IMG/VR virus record: IMGVR_UViG_3300044641_005651
Origin: an uncultured virus (IMG/VR IMGVR_UViG_3300044641_005651)
Lineage: Duplodnaviria > Heunggongvirae > Uroviricota > Caudoviricetes
Direction: 5' to 3' (one strand)
DNA length: 60,574 nt
The notes under the pieces are model-generated. The model made no database searches. It was not told where the DNA came from and saw only the letters and a program-made list of their open reading frames with translations. The position numbers were made by a program, and so were the translations under genes. Positions 46,794 to 56,718 of this stretch are shown piece by piece; position 1 is the stretch's first letter, and each line of letters opens with the position of its first letter.

Positions 46794-47449
46794 TGTAAAT
46801 GCCTCATAAGTTCTTTGACAAGATGGCTTCTAACAACATCATCTTGATAAAAACGCACTATTGATACGCTGGCACAATTAGACAATCGTCTAACTGCCCA
46901 CTCTAATCCATTATCATGTCTAAGATCACTTTGATCGAGATCTCCCGTAATAGCTACTTTTACACCTTCACCAAACCTAGTTAAAAACATCATCATCTGA
47001 TCTCGGGTGCTATTTTGAGCCTCGTCTAGGATGACAAAGCTCTTATTAAAAGTTCTACCACGCATGAATGCTAGTGGAGCTAGTTCTATCTCGCCAGACT
47101 GTATCATCGAATCTAGCTTCTTAACGCCAAACCTCTGTTCAAGGCAATCGAACAGAGGTCGCATATAAGGATCTAATTTTTCTTCAAGAGTTCCAGGTAG
47201 AAAGCCAAAACTCTCATTGGTAACTGCAGGTCTTACTAGGATAATCTTATCTACTAGGCCTCGCTCGTATTCCCAAGCTGCTTGATATGCTGCTATATAT
47301 GTTTTACCGCTTCCGGCGCTGCCTAATCCGATGGTAATCGGATAGTCTTGTAAGCTGCTGTAGTATCTTCTTTGATTTTCTGTTTTAGGTATAAGACTTT
47401 TTTGATACCTAGGTTGTTCTTCAGGTTGTTGCTTGTACTTTTTAGACAT
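46790..47449 (-). CDS. phoH: PhoH-family ATPase
   Basis: GSAGSGKT, GFLPGTL.EK, AFMRGRTF, DEAQN, GDLDQSD. Confidence 0.95.
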   Translation of the reverse strand: MSKKYKQQPEEQPRYQKSLIPKTENQRRYYSSLQDYPITIGLGSAGSGKTYIAAYQAAWEYERGLVDKIILVRPAVTNESFGFLPGTLEEKLDPYMRPLFDCLEQRFGVKKLDSMIQSGEIELAPLAFMRGRTFNKSFVILDEAQNSTRDQMMMFLTRFGEGVKVAITGDLDQSDLRHDNGLEWAVRRLSNCASVSIVRFYQDDVVRSHLVKELMRHLQ

Positions 47450-47456
47450 TAAAGAT

Positions 47457-47485
47457 ATAATAACTTTCTTATTTATAACTGTAAA
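47457..47485 (-). promoter_or_regulatory. Sigma70-type promoter for phoH-terL
   Basis: TTTACA-17 bp-TATTAT, ending 7 nt before the phoH ATG. Confidence 0.55.
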
Positions 47486-47500
47486 ATGTTAATTATTTAA

Positions 47501-48136
47501 TTAAGAAGATTTAAACCTTAGGTAAGATCTTTCTATGGAATCCCATTGCAGATTTAATATTTTTTTAATTTCTTCTTTTATCTCTTCTGCATTATCAGGA
47601 AGATCACTAAAAGTATGATCTGTATCTTTTATAAAGCCTAAGTCTTCGTATATTAAATCTAAATTATAAGTAAAAGGTAAGTTATTAAGTAAAAAATCAT
47701 TTCTTAATATACCACTAGATACATAAACTAAATGTTTTAAATCTATAGGTATGGAGTACACTTGTTTAGTTTCAGTTTTTAATTTAGCATATTTTTCTCT
47801 TTTATCAGCTACATATAGACTCAATATCTGTTCTACTTTATTTCGTCTATTTAGCTTTATTTTAAAATAAGAACTTTTAGCCATCTGCTCATAACAATTA
47901 AATTCTGTAATCTGACCGGCCATAAATTTTAAAACAAAATCTTTTCTTTTACTCAAAATAAAATTAATAAAATCTTTTTTATGTTGAGGGAAAGATAAGA
48001 CGTTATGATTATCAAAAGGTTCTATAAAACATTTAAGACCGTATTTATTAGCTAGATGAAACGCTAATGCGGTTGATCCAGATCTACAATTTGCTATGAT
48101 AATTATAGGAGCAGAATTAATACAGATATCAATCAT
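47501..48136 (-). CDS. Sulfotransferase-like protein (Stf0-like)
   Basis: 5'-PSB-like IIANCRSGSTAL, EPF, 3'-PB-like LNRRNKVEQILS, YEDL. Confidence 0.7.
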   Translation of the reverse strand: MIDICINSAPIIIIANCRSGSTALAFHLANKYGLKCFIEPFDNHNVLSFPQHKKDFINFILSKRKDFVLKFMAGQITEFNCYEQMAKSSYFKIKLNRRNKVEQILSLYVADKREKYAKLKTETKQVYSIPIDLKHLVYVSSGILRNDFLLNNLPFTYNLDLIYEDLGFIKDTDHTFSDLPDNAEEIKEEIKKILNLQWDSIERSYLRFKSS

Positions 48137-49392
48137 GAAAAGTATTTTATGTAATATCTTTTACTAGGTAAGCCTTTACATAAATTATGTAAAAAATCTC
48201 TTTTATCTACGTATTTAAATAAATTCTGATATAAGAAATCTACAAACTTATCATAATTTATAGAAGCTAAAGAATTTTTACTATCTACATACAGTTTCAT
48301 ATTAAGAGGTTCTACCATATCTACATATCCAGGAATTATACCAGTTTTACTAAGTTCTTTTAATATAGGATAATCATCGTATCTACTTAGCAAATCACTT
48401 ATTTTTAAACCCATATAAGGTAATTTTGTTTTAAAACTATATAAAACCTTAGCAAGTTCGTTTTCATTTTTTCTACTAGAAGCTGGAGATTTAGGATTAT
48501 TAAAAAAATCTTTAGAAAAATTTTTATGAATAACGTGCGCTCTTTTTAAAAACATATCTGCAAAGCATGGGTGTATATAAAATAATTCATGATTATTAGG
48601 AATATTTTCTGTTGTTAATAAATGCTGTAAATCAATTCTACTGCGAATAGTATGATCTTCTAAAACAAAAAATACGCCTGTATCATCATAGACCAGGTGT
48701 GGTTTTTCTAATCCCCATATGTGAGCAGTATTCTTTTTCTGCTTTAAATCTTTGCATTCTTTAGAAAAATTAGGATTTCTAGATCTAACTATATGTCTAT
48801 GAGTTAACATAACACTAGCATTTCCCTTTATATCTTCTAAAAAATTTTTTTCATTTATATTTTCCCAGAATGTTTTATGTATTTTATAAAAATTGTCTAT
48901 ATAAGTAATTTTTGTAGCAGGAGAATATGTTTCTACTAGATATTTTGCTATAGGAATTGCACTTCTTTGTGCTTCGTAAAACTCTGGAAACATAGCAAAA
49001 GTGGTTGAATCGTTGTTATATAGAGAATCAATAGTACCTTCGTCGAAATGACTATAGATAAAAATCTCATCCAAAAAAATACCATTAAGCATAAAAGTTT
49101 CTAGAATTTGGTGACTATCAGGACCTCCACTATAATTAAGTATCAGATAGTCGTAATTATTTCTTAAATGAATAGCTCTATCCAGATAAAATTCTTGAAG
49201 ACTTTTTTCTGGCTCTACTAAGAGGTCTAATCTATCTAACGCCATTTCAAAATTAAATAAACACCAACTTATATTTTTAGTTATATCTTTCCCATTGGAA
49301 GCCATATATGCTGCTGCAGCAGCAAAAATTTTACTATTATATTTATGGTCTTTATATTGGTAAAAATTATAATATGGATGTGTTTCTATCAT
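48133..49392 (-). CDS. PP-loop adenine nucleotide alpha-hydrolase-like protein A
   Basis: YDYLILNYSGGPDS, GLEKP, ELFY. Confidence 0.75.
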   Translation of the reverse strand: MIETHPYYNFYQYKDHKYNSKIFAAAAAYMASNGKDITKNISWCLFNFEMALDRLDLLVEPEKSLQEFYLDRAIHLRNNYDYLILNYSGGPDSHQILETFMLNGIFLDEIFIYSHFDEGTIDSLYNNDSTTFAMFPEFYEAQRSAIPIAKYLVETYSPATKITYIDNFYKIHKTFWENINEKNFLEDIKGNASVMLTHRHIVRSRNPNFSKECKDLKQKKNTAHIWGLEKPHLVYDDTGVFFVLEDHTIRSRIDLQHLLTTENIPNNHELFYIHPCFADMFLKRAHVIHKNFSKDFFNNPKSPASSRKNENELAKVLYSFKTKLPYMGLKISDLLSRYDDYPILKELSKTGIIPGYVDMVEPLNMKLYVDSKNSLASINYDKFVDFLYQNLFKYVDKRDFLHNLCKGLPSKRYYIKYFS

Positions 49393-49498
49393 TTGTATAA
49401 TAAATCTTATGTATAATCAAGATACATAATAAACATAAAATTATAATATTTATTTCGCTCGATAAAAATATAGTTAACTCTCCTTTAGATAGCATCAT
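49367..49498 (-). CDS. Possible 43-aa single-TM peptide
   Basis: MMLSKGELTIFLSSEINIIILCLLCILIIHKIYYTNDRNTSIL; AGGA SD; fills the gap. Confidence 0.35.
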   Translation of the reverse strand: MMLSKGELTIFLSSEINIIILCLLCILIIHKIYYTNDRNTSIL

Positions 49499-49507
49499 AA
49501 GTCCTAC

Positions 49508-50365
49508 TTAAAATCTAGATAAAAACTTATTAAATAATGTAACCCTCTCTTCTTCAGTTTTATAACTAATTAAAGAATCATCGTAACCTCTTTTTTGTCG
49601 TAAACTTACAGATTCTAGAGAACTCCATGATCTATGTAATCTATCTCTAAAGTTTTTTATCTGTTCGTTTGATAGGTTTTTATGTAGAATAACAGATTCT
49701 TCGTATAAATTATCGTACAACATCTTTGAGCTTTGAATGGTAGGTATAGAAGTATTGTCTAACTGTGAAACATTCCAAATACACTTATTTTTAAAAAATT
49801 CTAACCCACTTAAGCCTGTCCTAAATCCGAAATCTAATTCTTGTGATTTTGCAAGCGTCATAAATTCAGCGTTAGTATTAATTCTAACATACTTTAATTT
49901 AATTCCGTATATATCTGAAAGTTTAGTTAAGAATTGTTCTGGTAGGAATGTAGTAGTTGCAGTAATTCCTATAACATGGCTACTATTCGGTTTTATCAAA
50001 TCTTCCCACGATTTAGAACTAATAGAACATAGTTCAACAGGTGCAGAATAATTTATAAATAGTAAATTATCACTATTAAATTTCATATAGCACAATAAAT
50101 TGTTTTTATCTGAGGAACCATCTATATTAGTAGTTAAAACATACATAGTAGGTTGATTAGAATTATTCCATAGTATTTTACTCAAAGCACAATTTGAATT
50201 AGTATGCGTAACACTTATTTTATAGTCAGAAAACTGTTTAACATATTCTTGTAGAAGTTGACTGTTAATACCTGTAGAGGATCCATTATTGATAAGCATC
50301 AGTTCTTTTGCGAAAACCGGTTGCATAAAAATAGTTATAATAAACGTAAGTATAATTTTTAACAT
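49508..50365 (-). CDS. Exported solute-binding-like protein (divergent TctC/Bug-like), paralog 1
   Basis: Signal peptide (VFA-K); clear paralog of 55831..56709; family inferred from size and TctA context. Confidence 0.55.
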   Translation of the reverse strand: MLKIILTFIITIFMQPVFAKELMLINNGSSTGINSQLLQEYVKQFSDYKISVTHTNSNCALSKILWNNSNQPTMYVLTTNIDGSSDKNNLLCYMKFNSDNLLFINYSAPVELCSISSKSWEDLIKPNSSHVIGITATTTFLPEQFLTKLSDIYGIKLKYVRINTNAEFMTLAKSQELDFGFRTGLSGLEFFKNKCIWNVSQLDNTSIPTIQSSKMLYDNLYEESVILHKNLSNEQIKNFRDRLHRSWSSLESVSLRQKRGYDDSLISYKTEEERVTLFNKFLSRF

Positions 50366-50375
50366 ATAACACCTC

Positions 50376-51584
50376 TTAATAATCCTCTAAAGTTGTTAAA
50401 ATATATTCTTTTGTAAATTCTATAAATCCATCATTTTCGTAAAAAAAATAACTATCTATATTGTTTTTTACGTATCCTATACCGTCTCTCCAACAAGAAC
50501 CTTGAACAGTATTTGGCGGACATAGTAAATGAAACCAAATATCTGCTTCTGCATGCCAATCTAGTAATCCTTTTTTTGCCTGAAACCACTCTTTATTCCA
50601 TGTTCTAGGATATAAAAGAAGTCTGGCATTCTCTTCTAAGAACTGTTTAGCATTAGCAGCTACTGCAAGACTTTGAAATCTATGAATACTAACCATCTCT
50701 CGATTGACTGGTGAAGATACAATCCAATTTTTTAACGTATGTGCCTGTTTACTAATTAACGCACAGGCGTCTGGGCTAGTATAGAAAAACTCAACTTGAG
50801 CGTTTGAATAGTTTTGTATTTCAGCATAGAATAGATTAAGATTAAAGCGTCTATCTGCAAAAGTCATGTAAACTTGATTATTTTTTATTTTTATACCAGG
50901 TTTATCTAAACCTATCAAAATACCTACTCGATTATTACCATCAATCATTTTTTTAAAATGATCAAAACTAGTAAAGTTATATTTGGCAGAATCTACGGGA
51001 TTTAATTCTTCTCTAACATTTAAAATCCAATCTCCTGATTGAAATTTTGAAAAAATATTTATAGTATGCTGAGTAGTATCAAATAGATTAATCTTAATAT
51101 TAGGATCTAATATTTGGATTTCTTTTAATCTCGGAAATATTTGTAGTACAGTTTCTGTATGGGGTTGAATTTTTGGGTCTTTAGGATCTATATTATACTG
51201 ATTAAGAATTTTTATGCCTGTTTCGACGTGGTGAACAACAATTTCATCAATTTTTAAATTTTGCTCTAAGAAAGCCATCACCATATTATGGCTATCGCAT
51301 CCTCCACTATAGTATATTACTATGTAGTCGTATTTTTGCCTAAGATATCTGGCTCTTTCGTAGTATAAATAATCAAGACTTTGCTCAGGCTCCTTAGTCC
51401 AGTCGTAAGTGTCAAAAGCTTCATCATTAAAGTGCCATTTAATTAGTTGATCCGGGGTAATTAAATTTCTATATGGATCTATTTTTGGACTTTTTAATAG
51501 TTCGGAAGCAAACAATAGGGCTTGTATCTTTTTAAAAAATACTTTATCTCCAACTGAATAATAACCATATAGTTTTTTATCCAT
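50376..51584 (-). CDS. PP-loop adenine nucleotide alpha-hydrolase-like protein B
   Basis: YDYIVIYYSGGCDS, GLDKP, EFFYTSPD..KQAH. Confidence 0.78.
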   Translation of the reverse strand: MDKKLYGYYSVGDKVFFKKIQALLFASELLKSPKIDPYRNLITPDQLIKWHFNDEAFDTYDWTKEPEQSLDYLYYERARYLRQKYDYIVIYYSGGCDSHNMVMAFLEQNLKIDEIVVHHVETGIKILNQYNIDPKDPKIQPHTETVLQIFPRLKEIQILDPNIKINLFDTTQHTINIFSKFQSGDWILNVREELNPVDSAKYNFTSFDHFKKMIDGNNRVGILIGLDKPGIKIKNNQVYMTFADRRFNLNLFYAEIQNYSNAQVEFFYTSPDACALISKQAHTLKNWIVSSPVNREMVSIHRFQSLAVAANAKQFLEENARLLLYPRTWNKEWFQAKKGLLDWHAEADIWFHLLCPPNTVQGSCWRDGIGYVKNNIDSYFFYENDGFIEFTKEYILTTLEDY

Positions 51585-51589
51585 ATATT

Positions 51590-53155
51590 TTACTTATATA
51601 TTTCACTTACGTTCATATACCAACCCGCAGCTGTTAAGTTAACTTTTTGTAACATTTTACTAGATGCAACTTTAAATACAGGCTGGGCAAGATTGATAAA
51701 TATAGATTCATTTATCATCCGTTTCTGATATTGTTCGTATAACGCATTTCTACGAATCACGTCAGATTCTTCAGCTGCAGTATCTGCAAGACTTACAAAA
51801 TCTTTAGTGGGTTCCCAATGCATTCTCTTTGCAATTCTTGTAACAAAGGGTCTTGTCCAAAGATTTGCATCAAGTGCATCAATCGTATAAGATGCAATCG
51901 CCGATTGTAATTTAGCATTTCTATATTGAGTTATTAATGTTGCTGCATCCATCGGATGTAGAACAACTTCTACATTGATCTTTGCAAGATCTGATTTGAT
52001 TTTCTGCGCCAATAAAGAGGAACGCACATTCAGTGTTGGCGAAGTTGAGTAGTGAAAAGTAAATTGAAATCCGTCTGGGTTGTTTGATGCTTTTAAATAT
52101 TCTTTAGCCTTATTCAAATCCAACTTATAACCAAACTTCTCAGTTTGTTCTTTAGTAGTTCCACCAATTCCTATTGGAATAATAGATGGTGGCCTAACTG
52201 CATACCCACCTAATAAGTGCGTAATAATTCCATCATAGTCAATTGCGTGTGCAATTGCTAGCCTTGCATTTCTATCTGCAAGGGCTTTATTTAAGTCAGG
52301 GGTTGTTGTAAGAACCATGTACACGTAATCAAGGCTTGGTTCAGAAACAATGTTCATATTACGCTTCTTTGCTATCTCAACTTGTTCATTAGATAAATTA
52401 AAGGCAATATCAATTTCGTTTGTCTGCAGAGCTAAAAGTTGATTTGCACCTTCAGGAATGTGACGAATAATAACACGATCAAAAAATACTGGTTTGTACC
52501 AATGAACATTCTTTTCCCAAATAACAACTTCATTTCTGGTCCATCTAGTCATCCTATAGGGCCCAGATCCGAAAGAGTTATTATCAAAATACTTGGTTGC
52601 AGTATCTTTAGAGTGCGTCTGATCATCACTTCTGCCGCCAACAGCTTCTACTTGTTTCTTTGAATAAATTCCAAGTGATACGGTCGTTAGAATTGGCAAG
52701 ATGTTTTCTTTTGGATTGACAACGAAGATATCAACAGTTTTATCATCGACAACAAGAACTTCTTTCACATTATCAACAAACTCTTTTGGTTGATAATTCA
52801 TATTTTTAATTCTATCAAATGTGAATTTGACATCGTGTGCAGTAACAGATTCGCCGTTCCAGAATTTGGCATTATCACGAAGATAAAATCTCCAAGATTT
52901 TCCTGAGTCCAAAGTCTCCCACTTCTTTGCAAGTGCAGGCTTTAGAACCTCATAATTGTCTGGAGTAGCAGTAACTAAAGTTTCGTACACATTTCCTATT
53001 GTAAAGGGTGTGGAGATATCTGCTTGACGAGAAGGATCATAGGTAATTCCGTCTGAGATATCCATGCCGATAATCAGAGTTTTATCTCTTGTTTGAGCTA
53101 AAGCTGTGTGGTTAAATAAAACAATACTAGTAATTAAATAAATAAATTTTAACAT
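51590..53155 (-). CDS. ABC peptide/nickel substrate-binding protein (family 5)
   Basis: Signal peptide, VYETLV, PALAKKWE, FWNGESVTAHDVKFTF, GSGPYRM, RLAIAHAID. Confidence 0.92.
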   Translation of the reverse strand: MLKFIYLITSIVLFNHTALAQTRDKTLIIGMDISDGITYDPSRQADISTPFTIGNVYETLVTATPDNYEVLKPALAKKWETLDSGKSWRFYLRDNAKFWNGESVTAHDVKFTFDRIKNMNYQPKEFVDNVKEVLVVDDKTVDIFVVNPKENILPILTTVSLGIYSKKQVEAVGGRSDDQTHSKDTATKYFDNNSFGSGPYRMTRWTRNEVVIWEKNVHWYKPVFFDRVIIRHIPEGANQLLALQTNEIDIAFNLSNEQVEIAKKRNMNIVSEPSLDYVYMVLTTTPDLNKALADRNARLAIAHAIDYDGIITHLLGGYAVRPPSIIPIGIGGTTKEQTEKFGYKLDLNKAKEYLKASNNPDGFQFTFHYSTSPTLNVRSSLLAQKIKSDLAKINVEVVLHPMDAATLITQYRNAKLQSAIASYTIDALDANLWTRPFVTRIAKRMHWEPTKDFVSLADTAAEESDVIRRNALYEQYQKRMINESIFINLAQPVFKVASSKMLQKVNLTAAGWYMNVSEIYK

Positions 53156-53221
53156 TTTTTCCTCTATAGGAAATATACTATTTTTAATAGCACTAGACTA
53201 CAAAAAATATAAAGAGTGTCC

Positions 53222-53518
53222 TTAAGATGCTGCAAAAGATTTAGTAATCTCTATAAGGAATCCCATATTTTGTAGTCTTACGTTAAATTCGTTTAACTCT
53301 GTTAAGTATACTCGATTAGTAAAATCATCATTTTTCTCTTTTGATTCCCAAAAAGTCACATATGAAATACTATTTGGACCAACTATAATTTCTCTAGAGA
53401 TTATATTCTCATTCAGTAATTCTATATAACCCAAGCCTGAATTAGCAAGTTTGCAAGCTTCATTTGCGCTCTCTAAAGTTATATTACTTTTCATTAACGT
53501 GTATTGAACTCTATACAT
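53222..53518 (-). CDS. Small hypothetical protein (possible dimeric alpha/beta barrel)
   Basis: GGAG SD before ATG 53518; YVTFWESKE. Confidence 0.55.
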   Translation of the reverse strand: MYRVQYTLMKSNITLESANEACKLANSGLGYIELLNENIISREIIVGPNSISYVTFWESKEKNDDFTNRVYLTELNEFNVRLQNMGFLIEITKSFAAS

Positions 53519-54488
53519 TAGATTCTCCAATTAAATTTTTAAGTATTTCCCATTCAAAAGTATGTAAAAATACTTTTGTATTTTTTGTTTTGTTATTATT
53601 AGCTATATAAACAGCATTTTCCTTCAAATTAGATAAATAAGCTTTTACATCTTCTGAAACTTCTTTATTAAATTTTTTCGCATCTATAAGAAACACAAAA
53701 CAATTAGAATAGAATCTATTTCTATCAATTTTATCTGTAGAAGGTATAAAAATATTACACATAAGCTCTATTAATAATCCTATGTTAAACAGTTTATGAG
53801 AGTCAAATATTATACCTGCTTGGCTCTTTAGAGGGTTATTATTTTCAGCATCATACATATGTTTTGGATCTAAAGTATGTGTTCCGTTTAAAGATAGAGG
53901 CTTTTCTAGTAATTTATTCTGCCGCAGTAAATGTTTAATATTATTCTCACTATTACTAGGTAATGTCATATCAAAACAAAAATTATTAGTACAAAAACCT
54001 GATAAACACATTGTGCTTAGTTTTTTAGTAGATCCCCCATAAGGTATTACTAACTTACTACCTTCAATGTTACTTACTAAAAACCCAAAATAATTAGATA
54101 AATCTATACCTTGCCAAACAGATTTTATGTATCCTAAATGTCCCATATTTTTTACAAAAAACATAGAAGAGCCTAAGCTATCAGTTATTTTTAAATGTTT
54201 CTTTAAGAGGGAGGATAAAACATACTGACCAAAGGTTTTATCAGCATCATATATATAAACATTATTAGTAAAATCTACATACTTTATATTCTTAGTTTTA
54301 TTGAGTATACCTTTTTTTAACCAGTTTTCATACGTTGTTAATAATTGTATTCCGTGCGAAGGGTGCTTGTTTTCGTGTGCTATAACAATGCTTCTGGCAA
54401 CAGAATGGCTAACTTCTTGATCTACGTGAAGTTTCTGTAAATATTTACTAATTAAATCCTGTAATAATTCCGTAGGTATTTCGATCAT
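53511..54488 (-). CDS. Divergent Ldh_2 family (type 2 malate/L-lactate) oxidoreductase-like protein
   Basis: SHGI, DADKTFGQ, NMGHLG, VIPYGG, FDM, HK..IGLLIELM in family order. Confidence 0.7.
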   Translation of the reverse strand: MIEIPTELLQDLISKYLQKLHVDQEVSHSVARSIVIAHENKHPSHGIQLLTTYENWLKKGILNKTKNIKYVDFTNNVYIYDADKTFGQYVLSSLLKKHLKITDSLGSSMFFVKNMGHLGYIKSVWQGIDLSNYFGFLVSNIEGSKLVIPYGGSTKKLSTMCLSGFCTNNFCFDMTLPSNSENNIKHLLRQNKLLEKPLSLNGTHTLDPKHMYDAENNNPLKSQAGIIFDSHKLFNIGLLIELMCNIFIPSTDKIDRNRFYSNCFVFLIDAKKFNKEVSEDVKAYLSNLKENAVYIANNNKTKNTKVFLHTFEWEILKNLIGESNV

Positions 54489-54495
54489 ACTAAAA

Positions 54496-55362
54496 CTATC
54501 CTTTAATAATATTTAAATAATCAACATAAGTATATTCTTTAATAATATTTTTAGAATATAATAAAGGTCTAACTCTCCTTTTAGCAGCTTCGACTTCTTT
54601 TGTTATTTTTTCAAATCCTGTGATTTTTATACGTGAAGACAAATTTGGAAAATGCGTAGAGTAAAAAACGTTTTTAAATATATCCCAATCTCGTTGAGAT
54701 ACTTTTTTATTAATAAAGTTTCTAAAATTATTGTCTGCTAACCAAGATGCTATAATATTAGGATCATATCTGTAAAATGGTATAAAAGTTTTACAATATT
54801 CTCTAAATCTACCTACATACTCAGACTCCTCATATATAAAAAGATCCCTGTCATATAGGTATCTAAAATTAAAATCTCCAAGGCCAAATACATCTACAGA
54901 ACTATTTGTAGATTGTTCAAGAATTTTTAATAGTAAAGTATATTGTGGATCTAACGTAGACAATCTAATAGCATATATTTCATATTCATTTTTTAAAAAA
55001 TCTTCATAATCTATATCAATAATTTCATAGTTAATTTTATATAATTTACACGCAGCTAGTCCTATTTCAAAATCAAAGTCATTTAATAAGTTTTTAAATC
55101 TAATTAGTTTCACATTTATTTTATGCTTATTATCGCTATGAATAAACCCTAAAAGAACAGCTTGACTATCTAATCCTCCAGACAAAAATAAATTAACATT
55201 TTTATGATTTGTAATAATTTTTTCCGCGGTGCTTATAACGGCATTTTTAAGAAGTGAGATACTAGTAGCTTTTCCAAATTTTATAGAGTAATCTATACGT
55301 TCTGGAAAGTAATAAGATTTATCATCCCATAAATGTTGATAATGGTTATTCTCAGTAGTCAT
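54496..55362 (-). CDS. PP-loop adenine nucleotide alpha-hydrolase-like protein C (short type)
   Basis: LFLSGGLDSQ, C-terminal RIKITGFE. Confidence 0.72.
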   Translation of the reverse strand: MTTENNHYQHLWDDKSYYFPERIDYSIKFGKATSISLLKNAVISTAEKIITNHKNVNLFLSGGLDSQAVLLGFIHSDNKHKINVKLIRFKNLLNDFDFEIGLAACKLYKINYEIIDIDYEDFLKNEYEIYAIRLSTLDPQYTLLLKILEQSTNSSVDVFGLGDFNFRYLYDRDLFIYEESEYVGRFREYCKTFIPFYRYDPNIIASWLADNNFRNFINKKVSQRDWDIFKNVFYSTHFPNLSSRIKITGFEKITKEVEAAKRRVRPLLYSKNIIKEYTYVDYLNIIKG

Positions 55363-55838
55363 ACTAATTCCTTATTTAAGATTACATACTCTATTGACCT
55401 ATTATTTTTTAAAGAGGCTATTAATCTTGGAGAGTTATTTTTGTTTACACTAGCTGATATTCGTTTAGCTCCTTTACTTTTAAAATAACTTTCTACGTAG
55501 TTAAATAATATAGTATTAAAACCTTTCTGTCTATGTTTAGGATCTGTAAAAGTCATTAATATCCAACCGGTTCTGTTTCTAGCAGAGTAAAAACAAACTA
55601 TTCCACTTACTACTTCATTGTTACTATTCTTACAATAAAAAACCTTGCACTTATCTATATCTAAACACCAAGACAGAGAAGAAGGGCACCAATCCTTTTC
55701 TGTAATCTCTACCATTGTTTTTAAAAATAGCAGAGTAGTTTCGCTGTTCATAAAATCACTGTCATACCAGATTTCAAAATCTTCTCCATCTATAGTAACG
55801 GTATTTTTTTTCTCTAATATAGGAGTAGTTTCAGTCAT
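55359..55838 (-). CDS. GNAT acetyltransferase
   Basis: Motif A TFTDPKHRQKGF, motif B VNKNN. Confidence 0.8.
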   Translation of the reverse strand: MTETTPILEKKNTVTIDGEDFEIWYDSDFMNSETTLLFLKTMVEITEKDWCPSSLSWCLDIDKCKVFYCKNSNNEVVSGIVCFYSARNRTGWILMTFTDPKHRQKGFNTILFNYVESYFKSKGAKRISASVNKNNSPRLIASLKNNRSIEYVILNKELV

Positions 55839-56709
55839 TTTTTAGAATCTCTATTAATTGTGTTAATCTATTTTTATACTCTTGTTCACTATTAAAATCA
55901 ACTAAAAAGTTATCATAGCCTCTCCGTCTGTGTATTTGTAGCATATCAGAAGAATTCCAAGCCTCTTTTAGCTTATTAATTATTTTAGGACTATCGGAAG
56001 GGTTAATGTTTTTAGCAATCAAGTAAGCATTGATAGAAAACGTGTGATTAGCCTTTTCAAACTCAGGTAAAACATCTTTTATAGTAGGTAAATCTCTATG
56101 AGGTATACTGGACCATAGACACTTATCTTTAAATACCTCTAAGTCATATATACCAGATCTAAAAGCAAAATCTATTTCTTGAGCTTTTGCCATAGTTAAA
56201 ACAGCGCTAGAATTATTTACCTTAACTGTTTTTATTTTATTATTATATTTTTTAGATAAGATTTCAAACAGCTCCGCACTTTTATTTTCTGGATGTATAG
56301 CTACTGTACGTACAATATTAGGCCTTGTTAAATCTTCCCACGTCTTACTAGATACGGAGCAAAAGAAATAAGGGTTGGTATATACCCAAAAAATTATATC
56401 ATAAGTTTTTTCTTCTAAATAACAAGCCGTATTGTTTTTATCCGTTAATCCGTCAATTCCATGAGCAATTAACATCAATGTAGGAGTATTGCTATTTTGC
56501 CATAAAAGTTTAGCTAAGGCACAGTTTTGATTGGTAATAGCCACTTCTGTTTTAAGATCTGCTCTACTCAATGAGTCTGCAAATATTTTTGCTTGCTGAC
56601 CGTTTGTTCCTGTTACTGTTCCATTTGTTATCAATGTTATTTGAGTAGCGTGTGTGTCTTTTAAATAGAAGATACACATAAAAATTATTAAAAAAGTTTT
56701 TAGTAACAT
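55831..56709 (-). CDS. Exported solute-binding-like protein (divergent TctC/Bug-like), paralog 2
   Basis: Signal peptide; directly downstream of the TctA-like gene. Confidence 0.55.
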   Translation of the reverse strand: MLLKTFLIIFMCIFYLKDTHATQITLITNGTVTGTNGQQAKIFADSLSRADLKTEVAITNQNCALAKLLWQNSNTPTLMLIAHGIDGLTDKNNTACYLEEKTYDIIFWVYTNPYFFCSVSSKTWEDLTRPNIVRTVAIHPENKSAELFEILSKKYNNKIKTVKVNNSSAVLTMAKAQEIDFAFRSGIYDLEVFKDKCLWSSIPHRDLPTIKDVLPEFEKANHTFSINAYLIAKNINPSDSPKIINKLKEAWNSSDMLQIHRRRGYDNFLVDFNSEQEYKNRLTQLIEILKND

Positions 56710-56718
56710 AAAATCCTC

